DNA from: Mobula hypostoma
Taxonomy: Eukaryota
Direction: 5' to 3'
DNA length: 64,000 nucleotides
Assembly (NCBI RefSeq): GCF_963921235.1
Contig: NC_086109.1
Coordinates: 620,001 to 684,000, forward strand
The translations under genes were made by a program, and so were the position numbers. Shown one piece after another: positions 12,001 to 24,000 of the stretch (its first letter is position 1; each line of letters opens with the position of its first letter). Below the pieces are notes generated by a model. It was not told where the DNA came from. It ran no database searches and was given only the letters and a program-made list of their open reading frames with translations.

Positions 12001-15000
12001 CAGGAGTTTCCGGGTAGCAGTTTCAGGGCAGCAGTTTCAGGGCACGAGTTTCAGGGCAGGACTTTCAGGACAGGAGTTTGAAGACAGGAGTTTCAAGTCA
12101 TGAGATTCATGGCAGGAGTTAAGGGCTGTAGTTTCAGGGCAGGAGTTTCAAAGACATGAGTTTCAGAGAAAGAGTTTCACATCAGGAGATTCAGTGTAGA
12201 AGTTTCATGTCCGGAGTTTGAAGGCATGAGTTACAGGGCTGGAGATTCAGGGCAGGAGTTTCAGTGCAGGAGATTCAGGGCAGGAGTTTCAGGGCAGTAG
12301 TGTCAGGGTTGTCGTTTCAGGGCAGGTGTTTCAGGGAAGGCGTTTCAGGGCATGAGATTCAAGGCAGGAGTTTCAGGGTAGATGTTTTAGGGCTATAATT
12401 TCAGGGCAGGAGTTGTAGGGCAGGAGTTTCAGGGCAGCAGTTTCAGGGCATGAGATTCAAGGTGGGAGTTTCAGCGCGAGAGTTTCAAGGCAGCAATTTC
12501 AACGTAGGAGTTTCAGATCAGGAGATTCAGGGTAGGAATTTCAGGGCAGTAGTTTCAGGGCAGGAGATTCAGGGCAGGAGATTCAGGCAGGAGTTTCCAG
12601 GCAGGAGTTTCCGGGTAGCAGTTTCAGGGCAGCGGTTTCAGGGCATGAGTTTCAGGGCAGGACTTTCAGGACAGGAGTTTCAAGACAGGACTTTCAGGTC
12701 ATGAGATTCATGGCAGGAGTTAAGGGCTGTAGTTTCAGGGCAGGAGTTTCAAAGACATGAGTTTCAGAGAAAGAGTTTCACATCAGGAGATTCAGTGTAG
12801 AAGTTTCTGTTCAGGAGTTTGAAGGCATGAATGTCAGGGCAGGCGATTCAGGGCAGGGGATTAAGGGCAGGAGATTAAGGGCATGAGATTCAATGGAGGA
12901 GTATCATGGCAGAAGTTTCAGAACAAGTGTTTTACGGCTTGAGTTTCAGGGCTTGACTTTCAGGGCTTGAGTTTCAGGGCAGAAGTTTCAAGGCAGGAGT
13001 TTCAGGGCAGGAGTTTCAGGGCAGGAGATTCAGGGCAGGAGATTCAGGTCAGGAGTTTCAGGGCAGGAGATTCAGGGCAGGAGATTCAGGGCAGGGGTTT
13101 CAGGGCAGGAGTTTTAAGGCAGGAGTTTCAGGGCAGTGGTTTCAGTGCAGTAGTGTCAGGCCAGGAGCTTTCGACCAGTAGTTTCATTACATGAATTTCA
13201 GAGCAGGAGTTTCACGTCAGGAGATTCAGGGCAGATGTGTCAGGTCAGTAGTTTGAAGGCATGAGTTTTAGGGCAGGAGATTCAGGGCTGGAGTTTCAGG
13301 GAAGGACATTCAGGACAGGAGCTTCAGGGTCGTACTTTCAGGGAAAGAGTTTTTGGGTAGGAGTTTCAGCGCAAGAGATTCAGGGCAGCAGTTTCAGCGC
13401 AGGAGTTTCCGGGCAGTAGTTTCAGGGCATGAGATTCAAGGCAGGAGTTTCAGGGCATGTGTTTCAGGTCACGAGATTCAAGACAGGAGTTTCAGGACTA
13501 TTGTTTCAGGGCAGGAATTTCAGGCCATGAGTTTCCGAGCAGGAGTTTCACTTCAGGAGATTCAGTGCAGAAGTTTCATGTCAGGAGTTTGAAGGCATGA
13601 GTTACAGGGCTGGAGATTCAGGGCAGGAGTTTCAGGGCAGGAGATTAAGGGCAGTAGTTTCAGTGCAGGAGATTCAGGGCAGGAGTTTCAGGGCAGTAGT
13701 GTCAGGGTTGTCGTTTCAGGGCAGGTGTTTCAGGGCAGGCGTTTCAGGGCATGAGATTCAAGGCAGGAGTTTCAGGGTAGATGTTTTAGGGCTATAATTT
13801 CAGGGCAGGAGTTGTAGGGCAGGAGTTTCAGGGCAGCAGTTTCAGGGCATGAGATTCACGGTGGGAGTTTCAGCGCGAGAGTTTCAAGGCAGCAATTTCA
13901 ACGTAGGAGTTTCAGATCAGGAGTTTCAGGGTAGGAATTTCAGGGCAGTAGTTTCAGGGCAGGAGATTCAGGGCAGGAGTTTCCGGACAGGAGTTTCCGG
14001 GTAGCAGTTTCAGGGCAGCAGTTTCAGGGCACGAGTTTCAGGGCAGGACTTTCAGGACAGGAGTTTGAAGACAGGAGTTTCAAGTCATGAGATTCATGGC
14101 AGGAGTTAAGGGCTGTAGTTTCAGGGCAGGAGTTTCAAAGACATGAGTTTCAGAGAAAGAGTTTCACATCAGGAGATTCAGTGTAGAAGTTTCATGTCCG
14201 GAGTTTGAAGGCATGAATGTCAGGGCAGGCGATTCAGGGCAGGGGATTAAGGGCAGGAGATTAAGGGCATGAGATTCAATGGAGGAGTATCATGGCAGAA
14301 GTTTCAGAACATGTGTTTTACGGCTTGAGTTTCAGGGCTTGACTTTCAGGGCTTGAGTTTCAGGGCAGAAGTTTCAAGGCAGGAGTTTCAGGGCAGGAGT
14401 TTCAGGGCAGGAGATTCAGGGCAGGAGATTCAGGTCAGGAGTTTCAGGGCAGGAGATTCAGGGCAGGAGATTCAGGGCAGGGGTTTCAGGGCAGGAGTTT
14501 TAAGGCAGGAGTTTCAGGGCAGTGGTTTCAGTGCAGTAGTGTCAGGCCAGGAGCTTTCGACCAGTAGTTTCAGTACATGAATTTCAGAGCAGGAGTTTCA
14601 CGTCAGGAGATTCAGGGCAGATGTGTCAGGTCAGTAGTTTGAAGGCATGAGTTTTAGGGCAGGAGATTCAGGGCTGGAGTTTCAGGGAAGGAGATTCAGG
14701 ACAGGAGCTTCAGGGTCGTACTTTAAGGGAAAGAGTTTTCAGGCAGGAGTTTCAGCGCAAGAGATTCAGGGCAGCAGTTTCAGCGCAGGAGTTTCCGGGC
14801 AGCAGTTTCAGGGCATGGGATTCAAGGCAGGAGTTTCAGGGCAGGAGTTGCAGGGCATGTGTTTCAGGTCACGAGATTCAAGGCAGGAGTTTCAGGACTA
14901 TTGTTTCAGAGCAGGAGTTTCACTTCAGGAGATTCAGTGCAGAAGTTTCATGTCAGGAGTTTGAAGGCATGAGTTACAGGGCTGGAGATTCAGTGCAGGA

Positions 15001-18000
15001 GTTTCAGGGCAGGAGATTAAGGGCAGCATTTCAGTTCAGCATTTTCAGGGCAGGAGAATCAGGGCAGCAGTTTCAGGGTAGTTATTATAGGGCTATAGTT
15101 TCAGGGCAGGAGTTTCAGGGCAGCAGTTTCAGGGCATGAGATTCAGGGCAGGAGTTTCAGGTCATGAGATTCAGGGCAGGAGTTTCAGGGCATGAGATTC
15201 TGTGCAGGAGTTTCAGGGCAGTAGTGTCAGGGCTGTCGTTTCAGGGCAGGTATTTCAGGGCAGGCGTTTCAGGGCATGAGATTCAGGGCAGGAGTTTCCG
15301 GGTAGTTGTTTTAGGGCTATAGATTCAGGGAAGGAGTTGTAGGGCAGGAGTTTCAGGGAAGGAGATTCAGGATAGGAGCTTCAGGGTCGTACTTTCAGGG
15401 AAAGAGTTTATCGGGCAGGAGTTTCAGCGCAAGAGATTCAGGGCAGCAGTTTCAGCGCAGGAGTTTCCGGGCAGCAGTTTCAGGGCATGAGATTTAAGGC
15501 AGGAGTTTCAGGGCATGAGTTGCAGGGCATGTTTTTCAGGTCACGAGATTCAAGGCAGGAGTTTCAGGACTATAGTTTCAGAGCAGGAGTTTCACTTCAG
15601 GAGATTCAGTGTAGAAGTTTCATGTCCGGAGTTTGAAGGCATGAGTTACAGGGCTGGAGATTCAGGGCAGGAGTTTCAGGGCAGGAGATTAAGGGCAGCA
15701 GTTTCATGGCAGGAGATTCAGGGCAGCAGTTTCAGGGTAGCTGTTTCAGGGCTGTAGTTTCATGCAGGAGTTTCAGGGCAGCAGTTTCAGGTCATGAGAT
15801 TCAGTGCAGGAGTTTCAGGGCAGTAATTTAAGGGCAGGAGTTTCAGGGCAGGATTTTCAGGGCAGGAGTTTCAGGGCAGTAGAGTCAGGGTTGTCGTTTC
15901 AGGGCAGGTGTTTCAAGGCAGGAGTTTCAGGGCATGAGATTCAGGGCAGGAGTTTCAGGGTAGATGTTTTAGGGCTATAGTTTCAGGGCAGGAGTTGTAG
16001 GGCAGGAGTTTCAGGAGAGCAGTTTCAGGGCATGAGATTCAAGGTGGGAGTTTCAGCGCGAGAGTGTCAGGGCAGCAATTTCAACGTAGGAGTTTCAGGG
16101 CAGGAGTTTCAGGGCAGGAGTTTCAAGGCAGGAATTTCAGGGCAGTAGTTTCAGGGCAGGAGATTCAGAGCAGGAGATTCAGGGCAGGAGTTTCCGGACA
16201 GGAGTTTCCGGGTAGCAGTTTCAGGGCAGCAGTTTCAGAGCACGACTTTCAGGGCAGGACTTTCAGGACAGGAGTTTGAAGACAGGAGTTTCAAGTCATG
16301 AGATTCATGGCAGGAGTTAAGGGCTGTAGTTTCAGGGCAGGAGTTTCAAAGACATGAGTTTCAGAGAAAGAGTTTCACATCAGGAGATTCAGTGTAGAAG
16401 TTTCTGTTCAGGAGTTTGAAGGCATGAATGTCAGGGCAGGCGATTCAGGGCAGGGGATTAAGGGCAGGAGATTAAGGGCATGAGATTCAATGGAGGAGTA
16501 TCATGGCAGAAGTTTCAGGACAGGTGTTTTACGGCTTGAGTTTCAGGGCTTGACTTTCAGGGCTTGAGTTTCAGGGCAGGAGTTACAGGGCAGGAGTTTC
16601 AGGGCAGGAGATTCAGGGCAGGAGATTCAGGGCAGGAGTTTCAGGGCGGGAGATTCAGGGCAGGAGTTTCAGGGCTGGAGATTCAGGGCAGGAGATTCAG
16701 GGCAGGAGATTCAGGGCAGGAGATTCAGGGCATGAGATTCAGGGCAGGAGTTTCAGGGCAGTGGTTTCAGTGCAGTAGTTTCAGGCCAGGAGCTTTCGGC
16801 CAGTATTTTCAGGACATGAGTTTCAGAGAAGGAGTTTCACGTCAGGAGATTCAGGGTAGAAGGTTCACGTCAGCACTTTGAAGGAATGAGTTTCAGGGCA
16901 GGAGATTCATGGCAAGAGTTTCAGGGCAGGAGATTCAGGGCAGCAGTTTCAGTGCAGGAGTTTCCGGGCAGCAGTTTCAGGGCATGAGATTCAAGGCAGG
17001 AGTTTCAGGGTATGAGTTGCAGGCCATGTGTTTCAGATCACGAGATTCAAGGCAGGAGTTTCAGGACTATAGTTTCAGGGCAGGAGTTTCAGGCCATGAG
17101 TTTCAGAGCAGGAGTTTCACGTCAGGAGATTCAGGGCAGATGTGACACGTCAGTAGTTTGAAGGCATGAGTTTTAGGGCAGAAGATTCAGGGCTGGAGTT
17201 TCAGGGAAGGACATTCAGGACAGGAGCTTCAGGGTCGTACTTTCAGGGAAAGAGTTTTTGGGTAGGAGTTTCAGCGCAAGAGATTCAGGGCAGCAGTTTC
17301 AGCGCAGGAGTTTCCGGGCAGTAGTTTCAGGGCATGAGATTCAAGGCAGGAGTTTCAGGGCATGTGTTTCAGGTCACGAGATTCAAGACAGGAGTTTCAG
17401 GACTATTGTTTCAGGGCAGGAATTTCAGGCCATGAGTTTCCGAGCAGGAGTTTCACTTCAGGAGATTCAGTGCAGAAGTTTCATGTCAGGAGTTTGAAGG
17501 CATGAGTTACAGGGCTGGAGATTCAGGGCAGGAGTTTCAGGGCAGGAGATTAAGGGCAGTAGTTTCAGTGCAGGAGATTCAGGGCAGGAGTTTCAGGGCA
17601 GTAGTGTCAGGGTTGTCGTTTCAGGGCAGGTGTTTCAGGGCAGGCGTTTCAGGGCATGAGATTCAAGGCAGGAGTTTCAGGGTAGATGTTTTAGGGCTAT
17701 AATTTCAGGGCAGGAGTTGTAGGGCAGGAGTTTCAGGGCAGCAGTTTCAGGGCATGAGATTCACGGTGGGAGTTTCAGCGCGAGAGTTTCAAGGCAGCAA
17801 TTTCAACGTAGGAGTTTCAGATCAGGAGTTTCAGGGTAGGAATTTCAGGGCAGTAGTTTCAGGGCAGGAGATTCAGGGCAGGAGTTTCCGGACAGGAGTT
17901 TCCGGGTAGCAGTTTCAGGGCAGCAGTTTCAGGGCACGAGTTTCAGGGCAGGACTTTCAGGACAGGAGTTTGAAGACAGGAGTTTCAAGTCATGAGATTC

Positions 18001-21000
18001 ATGGCAGGAGTTAAGGGCTGTAGTTTCAGGGCAGGAGTTTCAAAGACATGAGTTTCAGAGAAAGAGTTTCACATCAGGAGATTCAGTGTAGAAGTTTCAT
18101 GTCCGGAGTTTGAAGGCATGAGTTACAGGGCTGGAGATTCAGGGCAGGAGTTTCAGTGCAGGAGATTCAGGGCAGGAGTTTCAGGGCAGTAGTGTCAGGG
18201 TTGTCGTTTCAGGGCAGGTGTTTCAGGGAAGGCGTTTCAGGGCATGAGATTCAAGGCAGGAGTTTCAGGGCAGTAGTGTCAGGGTTGTCGTTTCAGGGCA
18301 GGTGTTTCAGGGCAGGCGTTTCAGGGCATGAGATTCAAGGCAGGAGTTTCAGGGTAGATGTTTTAGGGCTATAATTTCAGGGCAGGAGTTGTAGGGCAGG
18401 AGTTTCAGGGCAGCAGTTTCAGGGCATGAGATTCACGGTGGGAGTTTCAGCGCGAGAGTTTCAAGGCAGCAATTTCAACGTAGGAGTTTCAGATCAGGAG
18501 TTTCAGGGTAGGAATTTCAGGGCAGTAGTTTCAGGGCAGGAGATTCAGGGCAGGAGTTTCCGGACAGGAGTTTCCGGGTAGCAGTTTCAGGGCAGCAGTT
18601 TCAGGGCACGAGTTTCAGGGCAGGACTTTCAGGACAGGAGTTTGAAGACAGGAGTTTCAAGTCATGAGATTCATGGCAGGAGTTAAGGGCTGTAGTTTCA
18701 GGGCAGGAGTTTCAAAGACATGAGTTTCAGAGAAAGAGTTTCACATCAGGAGATTCAGTGTAGAAGTTTCATGTCCGGAGTTTGAAGGCATGAGTTACAG
18801 GGCTGGAGATTCAGGGCAGGAGTTTCAGTGCAGGAGATTCAGGGCAGGAGTTTCAGGGCAGTAGTGTCAGGGTTGTCGTTTCAGGGCAGGTGTTTCAGGG
18901 AAGGCGTTTCAGGGCATGAGATTCAAGGCAGGAGTTTCAGGGTAGATGTTTTAGGGCTATAATTTCAGGGCAGGAGTTGTAGGGCAGGAGTTTCAGGGCA
19001 GCAGTTTCAGGGCATGAGATTCAAGGTGGGAGTTTCAGCGCGAGAGTTTCAAGGCAGCAATTTCAACGTAGGAGTTTCAGATCAGGAGATTCAGGGTAGG
19101 AATTTCAGGGCAGTAGTTTCAGGGCAGGAGATTCAGGGCAGGAGATTCAGGCAGGAGTTTCCAGGCAGGAGTTTCCGGGTAGCAGTTTCAGGGCAGCGGT
19201 TTCAGGGCATGAGTTTCAGGGCAGGACTTTCAGGACAGGAGTTTGAAGACAGGAGTTTCAAGTCATGAGATTCATGGCAGGAGTTAAGGGCTGTAGTTTC
19301 AGGGCAGGAGTTTCAAAGACATGAGTTTCAGAGAAAGAGTTTCACATCAGGAGATTCAGTGTAGAAGTTTCATGTCCGGAGTTTGAAGGCATGAATGTCA
19401 GGGCAGGCGATTCAGGGCAGGGGATTAAGGGCAGGAGATTAAGGGCATGAGATTCAATGGAGGAGTATCATGGCAGAAGTTTCAGAACAAGTGTTTTACG
19501 GCTTGAGTTTCAGGGCTTGACTTTCAGGGCTTGAGTTTCAGGGCAGAAGTTTCAAGGCAGGAGTTTCAGGGCAGGAGTTTCAGGGCAGGAGATTCAGGGC
19601 AGGAGATTCAGGTCAGGAGTTTCAGGGCAGGAGATTCAGGGCAGGAGATTCAGGGCAGGGGTTTCAGGGCAGGAGTTTTAAGGCAGGAGTTTCAGGGCAG
19701 TGGTTTCAGTGCAGTAGTGTCAGGCCAGGAGCTTTCGACCAGTAGTTTCAGTACATGAATTTCAGAGCAGGAGTTTCACGTCAGGAGATTCAGGGCAGAT
19801 GTGTCAGGTCAGTAGTTTGAAGGCATGAGTTTTAGGGCAGGAGATTCAGGGCTGGAGTTTCAGGGAAGGAGATTCAGGACAGGAGCTTCAGGGTCGTACT
19901 TTAAGGGAAAGAGTTTTCAGGCAGGAGTTTCAGCGCAAGAGATTCAGGGCAGCAGTTTCAGCGCAGGAGTTTCCGGGCAGCAGTTTCAGGGCATGGGATT
20001 CAAGGCAGGAGTTTCAGGGCAGGAGTTGCAGGGCATGTGTTTCAGGTCACGAGATTCAAGGCAGGAGTTTCAGGACTATTGTTTCAGAGCAGGAGTTTCA
20101 CTTCAGGAGATTCAGTGCAGAAGTTTCATGTCAGGAGTTTGAAGGCATGAGTTACAGGGCTGGAGATTCAGTGCAGGAGTTTCAGGGCAGGAGATTAAGG
20201 GCAGCATTTCAGTTCAGCATTTTCAGGGCAGGAGAATCAGGGCAGCAGTTTCAGGGTAGTTATTATAGGGCTATAGTTTCAGGGCAGGAGTTTCAGGGCA
20301 TGAGATTCAGGGCAGGAGTTTCAGGTCATGAGATTCAGGGCAGGAGTTTCAGGGCATGAGATTCTGTGCAGGAGTTTCAGGGCAGTAGTGTCAGGGCTGT
20401 CGTTTCAGGGCAGGTATTTCAGGGCAGGCGTTTCAGGGCATGAGATTCAGGGCAGGAGTTTCCGGGTAGTTGTTTTAGGGCTATAGATTCAGGGAAGGAG
20501 TTGTAGGGCAGGAGTTTCAGGGAAGGAGATTCAGGACAGGAGCTTCAGGGTCGTACTTTCAGGGAAAGAGTTTATCGGGCAGGAGTTTCAGCGCAAGAGA
20601 TTCAGGGCAGCAGTTTCAGCGCAGGAGTTTCCGGGCAGCAGTTTCAGGGCATGAGATTTAAGGCAGGAGTTTCAGGGCATGAGTTGCAGGGCATGTTTTT
20701 CAGGTCACGAGATTCAAGGCAGGAGTTTCAGGACTATAGTTTCAGAGCAGGAGTTTCACTTCAGGAGATTCAGTGTAGAAGTTTCATGTCCGGAGTTTGA
20801 AGGCATGAGTTACAGGGCTGGAGATTCAGGGCAGGAGTTTCAGGGCAGGAGATTAAGGGCAGCAGTTTCATGGCAGGAGATTCAGGGCAGCAGTTTCAGG
20901 GTAGCTGTTTCAGGGCTGTAGTTTCATGCAGGAGTTTCAGGGCAGCAGTTTCAGGTCATGAGATTCAGTGCAGGAGTTTCAGGGCAGTAATTTAAGGGCA

Positions 21001-24000
21001 GGAGTTTCAGGGCAGGATTTTCAGGGCAGGAGTTTCAGGGCAGTAGAGTCAGGGTTGTCGTTTCAGGGCAGGTGTTTCAAGGCAGGAGTTTCAGGGCATG
21101 AGATTCAGGGCAGGAGTTTCAGGGTAGATGTTTTAGGGCTATAGTTTCAGGGCAGGAGTTGTAGGGCAGGAGTTTCAGGAGAGCAGTTTCAGGGCATGAG
21201 ATTCAAGGTGGGAGTTTCAGCGCGAGAGTGTCAGGGCAGCAATTTCAACGTAGGAGTTTCAGGGCAGGAGTTTCAGGGCAGGAGTTTCAAGGCAGGAATT
21301 TCAGGGCAGTAGTTTCAGGGCAGGAGATTCAGAGCAGGAGATTCAGGGCAGGAGTTTCCGGACAGGAGTTTCCGGGTAGCAGTTTCAGGGCAGCAGTTTC
21401 AGGGCACGACTTTCAGGGCAGGACTTTCAGGACAGGAGTTTGAAGACAGGAGTTTCAAGTCATGAGATTCATGGCAGGAGTTAAGGGCTGTAGTTTCAGG
21501 GCAGGAGTTTCAAAGACATGAGTTTCAGAGAAAGAGTTTCACATCAGGAGATTCAGTGTAGAAGTTTCTGTTCAGGAGTTTGAAGGCATGAATGTCAGGG
21601 CAGGCGATTCAGGGCAGGGGATTAAGGGCAGGAGATTAAGGGCATGAGATTCAATGGAGGAGTATCATGGCAGAAGTTTCAGGACAGGTGTTTTACGGCT
21701 TGAGTTTCAGGGCTTGACTTTCAGGGCTTGAGTTTCAGGGCAGGAGTTACAGGGCAGGAGTTTCAGGGCAGGAGATTCAGGGCAGGAGATTCAGGGCAGG
21801 AGTTTCAGGGCGGGAGATTCAGGGCAGGAGTTTCAGGGCTGGAGATTCAGGGCAGGAGATTCAGGGCAGGAGATTCAGGGCAGGAGATTCAGGGCATGAG
21901 ATTCAGGGCAGGAGTTTCAGGGCAGTGGTTTCAGTGCAGTAGTTTCAGGCCAGGAGCTTTCGGCCAGTATTTTCAGGACATGAGTTTCAGAGAAGGAGTT
22001 TCACGTCAGGAGATTCAGGGTAGAAGGTTCACGTCAGCACTTTGAAGGAATGAGTTTCAGGGCAGGAGATTCATGGCAAGAGTTTCAGGGCAGGAGATTC
22101 AGGGCAGCAGTTTCAGTGCAGGAGTTTCCGGGCAGCAGTTTCAGGGCATGAGATTCAAGGCAGGAGTTTCAGGGTATGAGTTGCAGGCCATGTGTTTCAG
22201 ATCACGAGATTCAAGGCAGGAGTTTCAGGACTATAGTTTCAGGGCAGGAGTTTCAGGCCATGAGTTTCAGAGCAGGAGTTTCACGTCAGGAGATTCAGGG
22301 CAGATGTGACACGTCAGTAGTTTGAAGGCATGAGTTTTAGGGCAGAAGATTCAGGGCTGGAGTTTCAGGGAAGGACATTCAGGACAGGAGCTTCAGGGTC
22401 GTACTTTCAGGGAAAGAGTTTTTGGGTAGGAGTTTCAGCGCAAGAGATTCAGGGCAGCAGTTTCAGCGCAGGAGTTTCCGGGCAGTAGTTTCAGGGCATG
22501 AGATTCAAGGCAGGAGTTTCAGGGCATGTGTTTCAGGTCACGAGATTCAAGACAGGAGTTTCAGGACTATTGTTTCAGGGCAGGAATTTCAGGCCATGAG
22601 TTTCCGAGCAGGAGTTTCACTTCAGGAGATTCAGTGCAGAAGTTTCATGTCAGGAGTTTGAAGGCATGAGTTACAGGGCTGGAGATTCAGGGCAGGAGTT
22701 TCAGGGCAGGAGATTAAGGGCAGTAGTTTCAGTGCAGGAGATTCAGGGCAGGAGTTTCAGGGCAGTAGTGTCAGGGTTGTCGTTTCAGGGCAGGTGTTTC
22801 AGGGCAGGCGTTTCAGGGCATGAGATTCAAGGCAGGAGTTTCAGGGTAGATGTTTTAGGGCTATAATTTCAGGGCAGGAGTTGTAGGGCAGGAGTTTCAG
22901 GGCAGCAGTTTCAGGGCATGAGATTCACGGTGGGAGTTTCAGCGCGAGAGTTTCAAGGCAGCAATTTCAACGTAGGAGTTTCAGATCAGGAGTTTCAGGG
23001 TAGGAATTTCAGGGCAGTAGTTTCAGGGCAGGAGATTCAGGGCAGGAGTTTCCGGACAGGAGTTTCCGGGTAGCAGTTTCAGGGCAGCAGTTTCAGGGCA
23101 CGAGTTTCAGGGCAGGACTTTCAGGACAGGAGTTTGAAGACAGGAGTTTCAAGTCATGAGATTCATGGCAGGAGTTAAGGGCTGTAGTTTCAGGGCAGGA
23201 GTTTCAAAGACATGAGTTTCAGAGAAAGAGTTTCACATCAGGAGATTCAGTGTAGAAGTTTCATGTCCGGAGTTTGAAGGCATGAGTTACAGGGCTGGAG
23301 ATTCAGGGCAGGAGTTTCAGTGCAGGAGATTCAGGGCAGGAGTTTCAGGGCAGTAGTGTCAGGGTTGTCGTTTCAGGGCAGGTGTTTCAGGGAAGGCGTT
23401 TCAGGGCATGAGATTCAAGGCAGGAGTTTCAGGGCAGTAGTGTCAGGGTTGTCGTTTCAGGGCAGGTGTTTCAGGGCAGGCGTTTCAGGGCATGAGATTC
23501 AAGGCAGGAGTTTCAGGGTAGATGTTTTAGGGCTATAATTTCAGGGCAGGAGTTGTAGGGCAGGAGTTTCAGGGCAGCAGTTTCAGGGCATGAGATTTCA
23601 CGGTGGGAGTTTCAGCGCGAGAGTTTCAAGGCAGCAATTTCAACGTAGGAGTTTCAGATCAGGAGTTTCAGGGTAGGAATTTCAGGGCAGTAGTTTCAGG
23701 GCAGGAGATTCAGGGCAGGAGTTTCCGGACAGGAGTTTCCGGGTAGCAGTTTCAGGGCAGCAGTTTCAGGGCACGAGTTTCAGGGCAGGACTTTCAGGAC
23801 AGGAGTTTGAAGACAGGAGTTTCAAGTCATGAGATTCATGGCAGGAGTTAAGGGCTGTAGTTTCAGGGCAGGAGTTTCAAAGACATGAGTTTCAGAGAAA
23901 GAGTTTCACATCAGGAGATTCAGTGTAGAAGTTTCATGTCCGGAGTTTGAAGGCATGAGTTACAGGGCTGGAGATTCAGGGCAGGAGTTTCAGTGCAGGA

